A DNA stretch of 64,000 nucleotides from contig OZ336878.1 in NCBI GenBank assembly GCA_965287045.1, positions 96,968,001-97,032,000 on the forward strand. The letters are read 5' to 3'. Origin of the DNA: Carcharhinus amblyrhynchos (taxonomy: Eukaryota). The position numbers and the translations under genes are program-made. The notes below the pieces were generated by a model, which did not search any database, had not been told where the DNA came from, and saw nothing but the letters and a program-made list of their open reading frames with translations. Shown in pieces: positions 26,747-40,479 of the stretch (positions are counted from its first letter, which is position 1; every line of letters starts with the position of its first letter).

Positions 26747-27141
26747 AAGCCCATTAGGCATGAGAGGATTATGTATGTGTCTGAGTATCCAGCCATGAAC
26801 ACATGTGTCCTCCCCCACATGAATCCACTCTCCCACTTACTTCTTCGCGGTGCTCTTTGAGCATGTCTCGCAGGGTGTGAAAGTGTGAATTGATGCAATG
26901 ACACAGGAAAGTAGGATGGAATAGAAGGAGCGAAGTAAAGGAATTTAATGACAGTGGGAGAGTATATGTGTGGGTCAAGATCTACTTTTTGAATTCCGGA
27001 TGATCAGAAACACATCTGGGAGCATTCTATGTGCGGCTGCTTGAACAATTTGCCGTTAAAAAAAACCTAATATTGGAAAGTAAATCTTATTTTCGTCGCT
27101 TGAGTATGCGCAGTAGAGTGACAAACATTTGAAACAGCCAC

Positions 27142-27213
27142 TGCCGTAACCCAGATCCGAACCGAGGTTGCTGCGGCCACAACTCAGAGCACGAAGCGCT
27201 ATACGACCACAGC
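27142..27213 (-). pseudogene. tRNA-His pseudogene
   Basis: 72-nt match; A58 and D-arm mutated. Confidence 0.75.
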
Positions 27214-27918
27214 GCCACGAAGGGCGAGCACAACACAGAGTGCGCAGAACTCGTATATTTCAAAACAACCCTGCAACTAAACGACAGTGTTTTATATCTC
27301 GGCCGGCGTATCGCAGACAAATGAATTTTCCTTTCAAACAGTTCATTTTTTTTTCTCTCACATACAAGATGTTTCCTTACGTTTTTCGTACATTCAATTT
27401 TTTTTTACGGAACTGTATCATTGAAAGGTACTGTACAATAAGATATGTTCATTCTGAAGGGTTTTTTTTCGCATGACGTGAAACCTGTTCTAAATCGCCC
27501 GTTTGCTCTCACTAAACTTATTTGTTGTCATTCAGTAAACTCGTAGATTTCAACAGACAAAATCAGATTGGGGCACAATAGGGCTTCCTTACTTGTATTG
27601 GTCTCAGCCAATCATTCACGATATTGAAAATATGCCTCCTCCCCCACTTACTTCTTCGCTGTGCTATTTAAGCATGTCTCGCAGGGTGTGAAAATGTGAG
27701 ATGATGCAATGAGACAGGAAAGTAGGGTGGAACGGAAGGAGCCAAGTAAAGGAACTTAATGACCGTAGGAGGGCAAATGGGGGGGGAGCAAGATTTACTT
27801 CTGTATTCCGGGGCATCAGAAACGTACCTTGGAACATTAAAGTCCAACTTTGGGAAGTAATTCTTATCTTCATCGCTTGAGCCTGAGCAGCAGAGTGACA
27901 AATATTTAAAGCAACATC

Positions 27919-27990
27919 TGCCGTGACTCGGATTCGAACCGAGGTTGCTGCGGCCACAACGCAAAGTACTAACCACTATACGACCACGGC
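27919..27990 (-). tRNA. tRNA-His(GTG), G7 variant
   Basis: 2 differences, both giving G-U pairs; boxes intact. Confidence 0.88.
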
Positions 27991-29161
27991 GCCACAATTT
28001 GCTGGGTGCCCTGCTAACTGTCTGAAAACTTATAAGCTTCAAAATAGCCTTGCGAATAAACGACAGCGCTTTGCATCGCGGCCAGCTCATCGTAGACAAA
28101 TAGTTTTTCCATTCAAACAGGTGACCCGTTTCTCTCTCTCACACGAGGTTTCCTTACATTTTCACGCATTCACTTCATTGTATCTTTTTCAAGAATTGAT
28201 TCATGAGATATGCTCATTCTGAAGGCGTTTTTCACATGACGTGAAACCTTTTCTAAATAGCTGATTTGCTATCACTAGATTTATTTTCTTTTTGGCATTC
28301 AGTGAATTCGTAGATTTCAACTGGCAAGTTCAGATTGTAGCACTATAGATCTTCCACGCAATGGTTGCAGCCAATCATTCATGAACCTCAACTTCTGAGT
28401 GCTCAACACCACGTATTTTGCAATTATATCCAAATACTCACTCAAATAGTCACAATAAACGCAGCATACCGCCGTGGTAGAAATGTGTGCTTCCAGAAGT
28501 TTCTCTGTAAGCACTCACGAATATCAAGAAGTGTTCATCCAGTAATTTCAAAGTGCAAATCTACATCAGTGTGAATTGGCCTCGAGTAACCCCAGAAACA
28601 GGGATGGTAGCAAACAATCTACGTTTGCTTGTGAAACTGTTGGATGATACAATGTCACAGGAAATTAGGAATGGAACGGACGGAGCGGATAACGATACTT
28701 GGTGCTTGCGAAATGGGGGAACCATGTCGAAGACGTGCATTCGAGTTGAGGAGCACTAGAGGCACTTAAGGGCATTAGGCATGAAAGGATTATATATGTG
28801 TCTGAGTGTCCAGCCATGAAAACATGTCTCCTCCCCCATATGATTCCCCTCTCCCAATTACTTCTTCGCGGTGCTGTTTGAGCATGTCTCGCACGGTGTG
28901 AAAGAGTCAGTTGATGCAGTGACATGGGAAAGCAGGATGGAATAGAAGGAGCGAAGTAAAGGAATTTAATGACAGTGGGGGAGTAAATGTGTGGGTCATC
29001 AGTTCAGTTGAATTCCGGATCATCAGAAACACATCTGGGAGCATTCCATGTGCGACTGCTTGAACAATTTGCCGTTAAAAAAAAACCTAAGATTGGAAAG
29101 TAAATCATATTTTCGTCGCTTGAGCTTGCGCAGAAGAGTGATAAATATTTAAAACAGGCCC

Positions 29162-29233
29162 TGCCGTAGCTCGGATTCGAACCGAGGTTGCTGCGGCCAC
29201 AACGCAGAGTACTAACCACTATACGACCACGGC
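29162..29233 (-). tRNA. tRNA-His(GTG), G7-C66/G6-U67 variant
   Basis: Acceptor stem GCCGTGG/CTACGGC fully paired; rest canonical; TTTT terminator. Confidence 0.9.
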
Positions 29234-29956
29234 GCCACGAAGGGCTGGCACAACACTGAGTGCCCAGAACTCATATATTTCAAAACAACCCTGCAACTAA
29301 ACGACAGTGTTTTATATCCCGGCCGGCGTATAGCAGACAAATGGGTTGTCCTTTCAAACAGTTCATTTTATTTTCTCTCACGTGCAAGAGGTTTCCTTAC
29401 GTTTTTCGTACATTCAATTTTTTTTACGGAATTGTATCATTGAAAGGAACTGTATAATAAGACATGTTCATTCTGAAGGGGTTTTTTTTCGCATGACGTG
29501 AAACCTTTTCTAAACCGCCCATTTGCTGTCACTAAACTTATTTGTTGTCATTCAGTAAACTCGTAGACTTCAACAGGCAAAATCAGATTGGGGCACAATC
29601 GGGCTTCCTTACTTCTATTGGTTTCAGCCAATCATTCATGATATTGAAAATATGCCTCCTCCCCCAAATGATTCCCCTCTCCCGCTTACTTCTTCGCTGT
29701 GCTATTTGAGCATGTCTCGCAGGGTGTGAAAATGTGAGATGATGCAATGAGACAGGAAAGTAGGGTGGAACGGAAGGAGCGAAGTAAAGGAATTTAATGA
29801 CTGTAGGAGGGCAAATGTTGGGGGGGCAAGATTTACTTTTGTATTCCGGGGCATCAGAAACGTACCTTGGAACATTAAAGTTCAACTTTGAGAAGTAATT
29901 CTTATTTTCATCGCTTGAGCCTGAGCAGCAGAGTGACAAATATTTAAAACAGCAAC

Positions 29957-30028
29957 TGCCGTGACTCGGATTCGAACCGAGGTTGCTGCGGCCACAACGC
30001 AGAGTACTGACCACTATACGACCACGGC
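29957..30028 (-). tRNA. tRNA-His(GTG), G7 variant
   Basis: 2 differences (G7, D-loop C); boxes and terminator intact. Confidence 0.9.
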
Positions 30029-31203
30029 GCCACGATCTGCTGGGTGCCCTGCTAACTGTCTGAAAACTTATAAGCTTCAAAATAGCCTTGCGAATAAACG
30101 ACAGCGCTTTGCATCGCGGCCAGCTCATCGTAGACAAATAGTTTTTCCATTCAAACAGGTGACCCGTTTCTCTCTCTCACACGAGGTTTCCTTACATTTT
30201 CACGCATTCACTTCATTGTATCTTTTTCAAGAATTGATTCATGAGATATGCTCATTCTGAAGGCGTTTTTCACATGACGTGAAACCTTTTCTAAATAGCT
30301 GATTTGCTATCACTAGATTTATTTTCTTTTTGGCATTCAGTGAATTCGTAGATTTCAACTGGCAAGTTCAGATTGTAGCACTATAGATCTTCCACGCAAT
30401 GGTTGCAGCCAATCATTCATGAACCTCAACTTCTGAGTGCTCAACACCACATATTTTGCAATTATATCCAAATACTCACTCAAATAGTCACAATAAACGC
30501 AGCATACCGCCGTGGTAGAAATGTGTGCTTCCAGAAGTTTCTCTGTAAGCACTCACGAATATCAAGAAGTGTTCATCCAGTAATTTCAAAGTGCAAATCT
30601 ACATCAGTGTGAATTGGCCTCGAGTAACCCCAGAAACAGGGATGGTAGCAAACAATCTCTACGTTTGCTTGTGAAACTGTTGGATGATACAATGTCACAG
30701 GAAATTAGGAATGGAACGGACGGAGCGGATAACGATACTTGGTGCTTGCGAAATGGGGGAACTATGTCGAAGACGTGCGATCGAGTTGAGGAGCACTAGA
30801 GGCACGTAAGGGCATTAGGCATGAAAGGATTATGTATGTGTCTGAGTGTCCAGCCATGAAAACATGTCTCCTCCCCCATATGATTCCCCTCTCCCACTTA
30901 CTTCTTCGCGGAGCTGTTTGAGCATGTCTCGCACGGTGTGAAAGAGTCAATTGATGCAGTGACATGGGAAAGTAGGATGGAATAGAAGGAGCGAAGTAAA
31001 GGAATTTACTGACAGTGGGAGGGCATATGTGTGGGTCAAGATTTACTTTTTGAATTCCGGATCATCAGAAACATATCTGGGAGCATTCTGTTTGCGTCTG
31101 CTTGAACAATTTGCCGTTAAATAAAGACTTAATTTTCGAAAGCAATTCTTCTTTTTCTCACTTGAGCATGGGCAGCAGAGTGACAAATATTTAAAGCAAT
31201 CAT

Positions 31204-31275
31204 TACTGTGACTCGGATTCGAGCTAAGGGCGCCGCGGCCACAACGCAGAATTCTAACCACTATACGACCACGGC
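31204..31275 (-). pseudogene. tRNA-His pseudogene
   Basis: T54 and T-stem mutated; about 10 substitutions. Confidence 0.75.
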
Positions 31276-32032
31276 GCCAGGAAGGGCTTGCGCAACATCG
31301 AGTGCCCAGAACTCATATACTTCAAAACAATCCTGCAACTAAACGACAGTGTTTTACATCTCGGCCGGTGTATCGCAGACAAATGGGTTTTCCTTTCAAA
31401 CAGTTCATTTTTTTTCTCACGCATACAAGAGGTTTCCTTACATTTTTCATACATTCAATTTTTTTTTAACGGAACTGTATCACTGAAAGGTACTGTATAA
31501 TAAGACATGTTCATTCTGAAGGGTTTTTTCTTCGCATGACGTGAAACCGTTTCTAAATCGCCCATTTGCTGTCACTAAACTTATTGTTGTCATTCAGTAA
31601 ACTCGTAGGTTTCAACAGACAAAATCAGATTGGAGCACAGTCGGGCTTCTTTACTTGTATTGGTTTCAGCCAATCATTCATGGGATTGAAAATATGCCTC
31701 CTCCCCCAAATGATTCCCCTCTCCCACTTACTTCTTCGCTGTGATATTTGAGCATGTCTCGAAGGGTTTGAAAGTGTGAGATGATGCAATGATACAGGAA
31801 AGTAGGACGGAATGGAAGGAGTGAAGTAATGGAATTTAATGACCGTAAGAGGACAAATTTGGGGGGCAAGATTTACTTTTGTATTTCGGAGCATCAGAAA
31901 CATTTCGAGGAGCATTCTATGTGTGACTGCTTGAACGATTTGCAGTTAAAAAAAGACTCTCCTTTGGGAAGTAGTTCTTATTTTCGTAGCTTGAACAGGA
32001 GCAGCAGAGTGACAAATATTTGAAATAACACT

Positions 32033-32104
32033 TGCCGTGACTATGATTCGAACCGAGGTTGCTGCGGCCACCACGCAGAGTACGAACCACTATATGATCA
32101 CGGC
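32033..32104 (-). pseudogene. tRNA-His probable pseudogene
   Basis: 72-nt match; U33 changed to G and T-stem mismatch. Confidence 0.75.
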
Positions 32105-33272
32105 GCCACGAACTGCGTAGTGCACTGCTGATTGCCTAAGAACTTATAAACTTCAAAACAGCCCTACAACTAAACGACCGCCCTTTGCATCGCGGCCGGC
32201 TTACCGTAAACAAATGGTTTTTCCTTTCAAACAGTTGACTTCTCTCTCACATGAGGTTTCCTTACATTTTTACGCATTCACTTTACTGTATCTTATTCAA
32301 GAATTGATTCATGAGACATGGTCATTCTGAAGGCGTTTTTCGCATGACGTGAAACCTTTTCTAAATAGCTGATTTGCTATTACTAGATTTATGTTCTTTT
32401 TGTCAGTCAGTGAATTCGTAGATTTCAACAGGCAAGTTCAGATTGTAGAACAATCGATCTTCCACGCAATGGTTGCAGCCAACCATTCATGAACTTCAAC
32501 TTCTGAGTGCTAAACACCACATATTTTGCAAATATATCAAAATAGTTATTCAGCAGTACAGTAAACGCAGCATTATCGCCGTGGTGGAAATATGCCCTTC
32601 CAGAAATTTGTCTGTAAGGACTCACGAATATTAAGATGTGTTCGTCCAGTAATTTCAAAGTACAGACCTACTTCGGTGTGCCGTGGCCTCGAGTAACCCC
32701 AGAAACAGCCATGATAGCAAGCAATCTCCACGTTGATTGTGAAACTGTGAGATGATACAACGTGACAGAAAATTAAGAATGGAATGGACGGAGCGAAGTA
32801 AAGATGTTTGTTGCTTGCGAAATGGGGGGATCACGGAGCAGACATGCGTTCGAATTGACGAACACCAGAAGCACGTCAGGGCGTTAGGCATCAAAGGATG
32901 ATGTATGAGCCTGAGTGTCCAGCCATGAAAATATGTCTCCTCCACCAAATGATTCCCCTCTCACACTTACTTATTCGCTGTGTTATTTGAGCATATTTCT
33001 CCGGGAGTGAACGTGTGAAATGATACAATGCCACAGGGAAATCGGGTGGAATGGAAGGACAGAAGGAAAGGAATTTAGTGACTGTGGAAGGCAAATGTCT
33101 GGGTCAAGATTTGCCTTTGAATTCTGGAGCATCAGAAACATATCTGGGAGCATTTTTTGCGTGCCTGCTTGAATGATTTGCCGTAAAAGCAAATGATTCT
33201 CCTTTGATAAGTAATTCTTCTTTTTCTCCGTTTGAGCATGAGCAGCAGAGTGAAAGTGTATAAAATAACTGC

Positions 33273-33343
33273 TGCTGCGACTCGGATTTGAATCGAGTTT
33301 AGTGCAACCACGCGAAGAGTATGAACTATTGTATGGTGAGGGC
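33273..33343 (-). pseudogene. tRNA-His pseudogene (decayed)
   Basis: tgctgcgactcggatttgaatcgag at the expected 1240-bp spacing. Confidence 0.6.
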
Positions 33344-34426
33344 GCCACGAAGCAACAAGTGCAATAGCTCGTTTTCGAGAACACAGATACTTCAACACAG
33401 CCCTGCAACTCAACGACAACCCTTTCCATCTCTGCCGCTTTATTACAGACAAATAGTTTTTACTTCCAAACAGTTAGCTGCTGAGTGAAGAAAAAGACTC
33501 ACTTATGACCCTTTCAGATGGAAGGCCGTTGAATGATTCACTTCGAACAAATTTGATACGTTCTGACCAATGCGCAAAATAATGCGATGAACTGAGCGAC
33601 GTTTTGTCGGGAATCGAATGTATCAGACAAACAATATCGTCTGGATGGTGAATCAAAGCTGGTGACTTTTCTGCAGAATGTTTGCAGTGTTCACAGTTTC
33701 CGCGAAAACGTGGCACATTCCAAGCGGCTTCATTTGCTGTCTTGGCTTGTTTCTCTGTCACACAACAGGTTTCCTTACATTCTCACTTTAATGTTTTTTA
33801 TTCAAAACTGTATCATAAGACATGTTCATTCTGAAGACTTTTTTTTTCAGAATGACGCGAAACCTTTTCTAAATCTCTCATTTGCTGTCACAAGAGTTAT
33901 TTTTGTCATTCAGTGAAGTCGTAGATTTCAACAGGCAATTTGGGATTGGAGCACAATCGGTCTTCCTGACCTTTTTGGTTGCAGCCAATCATTCATGAAC
34001 CCCAACTTCTGGATGCTAAACACCAGTTATTTTGCGAATATATCCTACATTTTCACTCAGCAATACAATAAGCGCAGCGTTATCCCGGCGGAGGAAATCT
34101 GAAATTAAAACAGTGTAAGTGGAAACACTAGACTCGAGGCCACAGCTCCATTTGTCAGTCTACAGAAGTTCGCAGAAGTGCAACGTTGTTGCAGCATTTT
34201 CGACTTTTAACTCAGTTCTCAATGTCTGCATGATTATCTTTCTGGGAATGTTTTGTGATCGTCATCGCATGAAGGCTCTTCCAGGATTGTGGATGTGAGC
34301 CCAAAGAGCGAGAAGTTTCTCAGTTTCAATGCAGCAATCAACATCGGTGTGAAAGGACCGTGTCACCCCAGAATAGCGATGGTAGCCAACAAACTCCACA
34401 GTTTTAGTTAGAATGTGAGGTCATGC

Positions 34427-34500
34427 GGGTGTGGCGACTAGAATATTTTTGTCGCAACTTCCTTGCAGTGTAAGCCTACTGTGACATTAATAATTAATTT
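34427..34500 (+). mobile_element. SINE 3' tail remnant
   Basis: gtgtggcgactagaatattttt...ttgcagtgtaagcctactgtgacattaataa. Confidence 0.6.
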
Positions 34501-34627
34501 TTATGTGACTGATTTGGCGTTTTGCCATTGAAACATGATTCCTCCTTTAATGATTCTCCGCTGTGGAATAATTCTCTGCGTTGTTTGAGCTGGAGCCGCA
34601 GGGAGCTATTTTTTTTTAAATGGCTGT

Positions 34628-34790
34628 TGCTGTGACTTGGGTTCGAACCTAGGTCTACTGCAACCATAAAGCCGCCGACAACACCATTCTACAAACACAG
34701 CATCATAGAAGGCTTGCTGTAATCATTGTCATCATTTGGGTTCGAATCGAAGTTGGTGTGGCTATAATGCAGTGTGCTAAACCATTCCAA
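34628..34790 (-). pseudogene. Two adjacent decayed tRNA-His remnants
   Basis: tgctgtgacttgggttcgaacctagg (34628) and tgtcatcatttgggttcgaatcgaag...gtgctaaaccatt (34727). Confidence 0.5.
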
Positions 34791-35579
34791 CGCCAAAGGT
34801 AACTTGTGGCAGATGTGACTCGCCGGGTAACCCCATACGTCTATTAAGCTCGGCAAATGAAGGATATCGTTCCCTTTCTCAACACTTTGTCACAGAAGAA
34901 TAGTTTCAGCTTTCACTCATTTGCTGCTGAAAGAAAATTTGTCTCAGTAATAACCCGTTCAGGAGGAAACTCGTTTCCTAACTCTCCGCATATCCTTGCG
35001 GAATTGATCAGTACATCCAGCATGTTCTGGTGTTGTGAATGCTATACACCGCCGAGTTTTCCTACTCGTTGTCTGCTGCCCTGAGAGCGTGGAATTGAGT
35101 GGAGGCGTAAATTGTTTTACAATCATTCGTCTCAGTCTGTCGACAAATAGTCTATGTTTGATAGATGCGAAAGGTATTATTGCGAATGTTCATAGGTCGC
35201 GGGAATGGTTCGGACTCACATCTCCCACCATGCAAACCTTCCCCCGCAGCCCTCGCCGCCCCCTCATCCGCCCACACACCTTCCAGCGAGCCCCCCATCC
35301 CCGCACCCCCGCCCCTCCGCCTCGAAAGACGTCGCCAAATATCCTGAAGTTTCATTCGCAAAACTAACCAAATATCGCGGACGTTCAAAATCTGAACGAT
35401 AAACCAGTATTGTTCAGGTACACTGAATTTATTGCAGCAGTTGTGGGAAGATCAAAGGATTTTCCGAATACGCAGCAAACGAATTTAGCTGCCAGTACAA
35501 ATAATGAACCTTCCTTTTCATTAAGACATCAGGGGAGGACTTGACTCAGACCTTAACAGAAATTAAAATCGTCACCAAC

Positions 35580-36940
35580 CGCCATGTCGTCAATAGTATA
35601 CAGCTCTCAACTTCAGTGAAAAGGGAGGAAGGCAGAAAGTGGGCAGCAGCAGGTTAATTAGCCTACAGTTTGCCAGGTAAACCTGTTAGAAATTAAAATT
35701 TAGGGATGACGTATTGGGGTACGTGGAAGAGTTCAAGGCTATCAGGCATTATATGAAAGGCTTGTATGACTGATTCATGGAAATCACTTTTTCTTTGAAT
35801 TAGAAGAAGCTGCTGGATGCCCGGTCCTCAGACTTCCAGAATCCATTTCCTGAAAATACCAGCTGCTGTAAGAGCCGGTAAATGTTGGCCTGGATTGAAG
35901 ATTGGCTGGCTAACAAAAATCAGCGTTATATATGGTTGACAGTATTTAACCAGTGGTATGGCACAGGAATCAACAACTGGCGCCTCAACATTTTCCAATA
36001 CATATATAATATTTATAAATGAGTTGGATGAATCGACTGAAGCTGTGCTTGCTCAATCTGGCCAGGTAACAAAGATAGGCGGGAAAGAAATATTTGAAGA
36101 GAATATAAGGTGGAAAGAGATAAGTCATTATCTCATAATAAGTCATTTTTTTCTCTCTCAAATGTAGTGTTTTGTGTGAAAACGTGCAATGATCCATTAT
36201 GGCGGGATGAAAATTAAAGATGATTATAATCTAAATGGATGGGGAGAGATCTGAGCTGAAGTTTGATCTGAGTGTCCTAGTGCAGGAATCACAAAAGACA
36301 CAGCAGACACAACAAATAATTGTGAAGCGAATAAAAATTTATCTGTCATTTCGTGAGGAATTTTGGGTTGTAATAGCTTAGTTTCAAGGGGACCACAGGT
36401 GGGTTACTGTGCTCAACATTGGTCTTTTAATTTAAGTTGTAGATTCGTTAGAAGAAGTTCCGTAAAGGTTTTCTTGGACTAATTCCAGGAAACGACTGAG
36501 TTTTTCTATGGGGAAGGTTTTTACTTAAATCCAATCGAGTTTAGAAGCATAAAAAGTGGGTTTGGTCGAAACAGCTCAGATCATGTGTGGTTTTGCCAGG
36601 CTGCACGAAGATAGAATGACTCATCTTGTTGGACACTCTAGACCGAGGGTTCACCTTTGGAAAATATCGGGTCGATGGTTTAGTAAGCAGGCGAGGAGAA
36701 TTTTTGTCCCTCAGAGGATCTTTAGTCTGTAGAAATCTCTTCCACAAAGACAGTGGAAGGACCCCTTGAATATGTCAAAGGCAGAGCTCGAAAAAATCTT
36801 GATAAAGGAGGGAATGAAAGGATGTCGGGGATAGCCTAAAATGGTTGAACTTACTATCATATCAGCCATGACCTCAATGAAAGTCGGAGAGTTGTCGAGG
36901 GGCCGGCTGGCCCACTGCGCGTAAGTCGTATGTTTATATT
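35580..36940 (+). mobile_element. Old decayed CR1-like LINE
   Basis: Remnants encoding WIEDWL (tggattgaagattggctg), INELDE, TKIGGK; 3' atcagccatgacctcaatgaa; paralogs at 40480 and 58850. Confidence 0.7.
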
Positions 36941-37212
36941 CAAACAATTTAGTAACTTGAAACCATCTCCTTCGCTCCTCTTGTAAGATCAGGTTAGCAG
37001 ATGTATGTCAGAATTCGAGTATTCACTGGTATTCATTGCATTGGTCCTCTCCATCGGTGTTCTGCACCAAATGTTTTGGAGAATTAAATTCCCAAATCAG
37101 CTTATTATAATACTAACGAACACATATGTAAAATATTTAAAAGAATGGCTTTGTAATCAACTGCCTGAAACGCATCAAAGCCTTTGTTCCGCGTTGCTTA
37201 GAATGCGAACGT

Positions 37213-37927
37213 GATATGGAAATTCTGGCATTGGACTGGGGGCGGCACAGTAAGAAGCCCACAAACAGCAGGATAAAGTCCAACAGGTTTAATTTGGTAG
37301 CACGAGCTTTCGGTCCTGCCCCTTCAGCAGGTGAGAAATGAGTTGGGTTGATAAACAGGTCATATATAAACGCAAACACAATTACAAGATAATGGTTGGA
37401 GTGTGATTCTTAACAGATAATGAAGTTTTTACATGTGCAGAAAATGCGAGTGAACAGAGTGTTAAGCACACGTTAAAGACTTGTGAATTGTCTCAAGCCA
37501 GAACAGCTAGTAAGATTTTGCAAGCCCAGGCACGTCGAGGAGTGTACAGAAGGTGTGCCGTGGACACAAGATCAAAGTAGAGGCAGGCCTCATGTGTGTG
37601 GAACTTGGCTATCAGTAAATGCTCGGCCATTCTGTGTTGTGGTGTATCTTGAAGGCCACCTTGGAGAACACTTTCCAGAAGATCAGAGGCTGAATTCCTG
37701 TGACTGCTAAAGTGTGCCCCAATAGGAAGGGAACACTCCTGCCTGGTGGCTGTCAAGTGGTGTCAATTAAACCGTTGTCGTAGCTTCTGTGCCTGAGTCT
37801 CTGTCTATATATGGCTTGTTTGTGAACCCAACTCTCGATCAAGTGATGAAGGGGCAGCGCTCCGAAAGCTCGTGATATCAAGTTGTTGGACTTTAGTGTT
37901 GGACTTTAAACTGGTGTTGTGACACTT
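37213..37927 (-). mobile_element. Penelope-like element (GIY-YIG C-terminus, pLTR, 5' inverted pLTR) with 16-bp TSD
   Basis: ORF 37493-37756 SLPIGAHFS...ASDL...LQGGLQD...EHLLIAKFHT resembles the PLE GIY-YIG C-terminus; TSD cttagaatgcgaacgt / cttagagtgctaacgt. Confidence 0.82.
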
Positions 37928-38148
37928 CTTAGAGTGCTAACGTAAGACAAACTGTGAAAATGAAAACGTTCTTTTTTATTTGGGAAGATGAATTCTTACT
38001 TCTTCTGCTGGGGATAGTAAAGATCGTTTGAATGCGTTTTGCCATCAATAATTGGCTCTTACCGCACATGATTCTGCGTTGCGAGCTAATTATTTTCTGT
38101 GTTGTTTGAGCACGAGCTGCAGCGAGCGTGTTTTTTTAGCAAAACAAA

Positions 38149-38220
38149 TGCTTTGAGTCAGATTCGAACCGCGATTGCTGCAACCAAAACGAAGAGGGCT
38201 AACAACTACACGGTTATGTC
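38149..38220 (-). pseudogene. tRNA-His pseudogene (decayed)
   Basis: gattcgaacc retained at the unit position. Confidence 0.55.
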
Positions 38221-39280
38221 GCCACAAAAAAAGTGCTGCATAAAAGACTGCCCGTTTCAAGCCACACGTTTACCCAGGCCTACAGCTAAAACACAGCACT
38301 CTCGAAACACAACAGAAAACCGAAAATGCTGAGATATTGTAGTAGGTTTACCATTGTCTGTGGAGGTAGAACAGAGTTCAACGGCTCGAGCCCCACCACC
38401 CTTCGTCATCTCCGTGCATCGTTGTGTCCGCACCAACCATCAAGCACCTTCCTGCTCAGTACCGATACATTCTAAATCACCTTTCTATTTGCAGACATAA
38501 AGGAGTTGGCAGAGTGAGGTATATTTGTTTTCTGCTTAGCAGGAAGTGACCAGAATTGTAGCATAGGGATTAGCGCTGCAGCATCAGCATGCAGCAATTC
38601 ATATCAATGTCTTTGACGTGTTTAGTTATTGTTTCAATAACCCAATTGTTCACGGGGCATTACAACAGCGCAAAATTATGCGAATGTTGGAAATCTGAAA
38701 TAAAAACCGATAGTTTCTGGAAAGCTTAGTCCCGAAACGTCAGGTCGGTTTCGCTCTCCAAAATGTTGTCACATCTGTAACGTCGTTGCAGGACTTCCCA
38801 CCGTTAGGTCATTTAGCATTGACTGCATTACTGGTTCTCCAGAAAATATCGTCATCACCATCGCATTGAGTCTTTCCTAGAATTGTGGCTCCCTGGAATC
38901 TGGAAAATCGAGTTGTTTCTCTTCCAATAGTTTCAAAGCAGAGACCGACATCGTGCGAAATCTCTCCATGCAGCCTCAGAAACAGAGATCAACAAACTCC
39001 ACGCTGTGTGAAGAGTGTGAAATGATGCAATGCGATTGAAAAGCAATTATATAATGGAATAAATGAAGCCAAGGAGATTAATGACAGTAAAAGTAATAGG
39101 ATCATCCCAGAGAAGAGGTGCGTCTGAACTCTGGACCATTAGACACACATATATGGAAGGATTATATGTGTGATTGGTGGGGCAATTTACCGACAGAGTA
39201 ATGATTGTGCTCTGCCACTTAATTCTTCTCTGCGCTGTTTAAGCATGAGCCGCAGGGAGTCAAACAGCTTGAATAAATCA

Positions 39281-39352
39281 GGGCGACAGCTGGATTCCAA
39301 AAGAGGCTGTTGTGGCCACAACATAGAGCTCTAATCACTGCACGATCACAGC
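39281..39352 (-). pseudogene. tRNA-His pseudogene (decayed)
   Basis: tggccacaac...cacgatcacagc retained. Confidence 0.55.
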
Positions 39353-40479
39353 ATCACAGATGACTAGGTGCGGTAACTGGCTGAGGAAATGTTTGCGTGC
39401 ACTCAGTTCTGCAAATAAAGAGCAGCATCCTCGACCGTTTGGCGGGTTTATCACAGATGAATAGTTTCAGCTTTCAACCCCATGACTGCTGACTGAGAAG
39501 GTGAATCAATTGCGACCTGTTCGAAGAAAGGACAATTTTATATTCTCAACATATCCTTAAAGAGTTCTTGCAGTATAATATGCTGTTGTGCATGTTACGC
39601 ATGAGTCCTGTTCACTGCCTGTCCACATCAGATCATGGAATTTAGTGGAAAAATAAATGCATTTTACAAATATTTTTCTTACTGATGGAAATTTTGTCTT
39701 TAATGTATCCGTAAGTTAAGCATGCGGTTGTTTAAAGCCGAGGGTCCGCGTCGGATCATTTCCCAGAAAAAAAACATCGTAACATAGCCTCTCGTTTCAG
39801 TTCCAAAAGCTAACGTCTTCATGTTTTTGGACGCTTCTTTCACACAAAAGCGTTCTTTACATTTTCACATATCCACTTCAATGATTTTTTTTTCGAAAAA
39901 AAACAGCGTCATGCGCAAATTTATTTTCGAATGACGCAAAATCTCTTCGCAATCTCTTATTATCCATCACTATAGTTTTATTTTCATTTGTGGGTCATGC
40001 AGTTCGCTGGCATATTTTAACAGATAAGATGTGTTTGCAGCACGTTCAATCTCGTTCATCTTTCCTGGTATCAGCCAATCGCTCATCAACCACAGTTGCA
40101 ACTTCTGGGTGCTAACCATCACCTAATTTGGAAGTATAACCCAATTGTGCGCTTAGCGTGAAATTAATCGCACCATTGCCCGGATGATGGAAATCTGAAA
40201 TGAAAACAAATAAATTCTGAAAACATTAGACCCGCAATAAAAGCTTGGTTCTCTGTTCATAAATGTTCCTAAAACTGCAAAGTTTTTTTTTGGTTTTGTT
40301 TTTGGCACTATCCACTTATACAGCAGTGAAATCTACAGGCAATACTATCTTCCTAGTAAATTATATGTTCGCCATCGCGCGTGAAGGTGCTTCCAGAAAA
40401 TTTGCCCCATTGACTCACAAATATCGAGATGTGTGTCATCCAGTAATTTCAAAGCACCGATCTAGCTTGGTGTGAATGG

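Larger units (their letters stand above)
21832..33343 (-). repeat. About 2.04-kb dimeric higher-order repeat (two tRNA-His per period), about 5.5 periods
   Basis: tRNA start spacings alternate 784/1256, 800/(2470 incl. CR1), 777/1243, 795/1247, 829/1240; ORFs 28317-28514 and 30355-30552 translate identically at offset 2038. Confidence 0.9.

Noticed and set aside
22380-30260. Repeated ORFs containing VSTLRCGRSNLGSNPSH or MTRIRTEVAAATTQST
   Set aside because: They are translations of the tRNA-His gene on either strand. Frames and stops are not conserved between units, so they are not a protein family.
5916-32104. CRISPR-like or integron-like array of repeated 72-mers
   Set aside because: The repeats are eukaryotic tRNA genes, the spacers are homologous to each other, and no cas or integrase gene is present.
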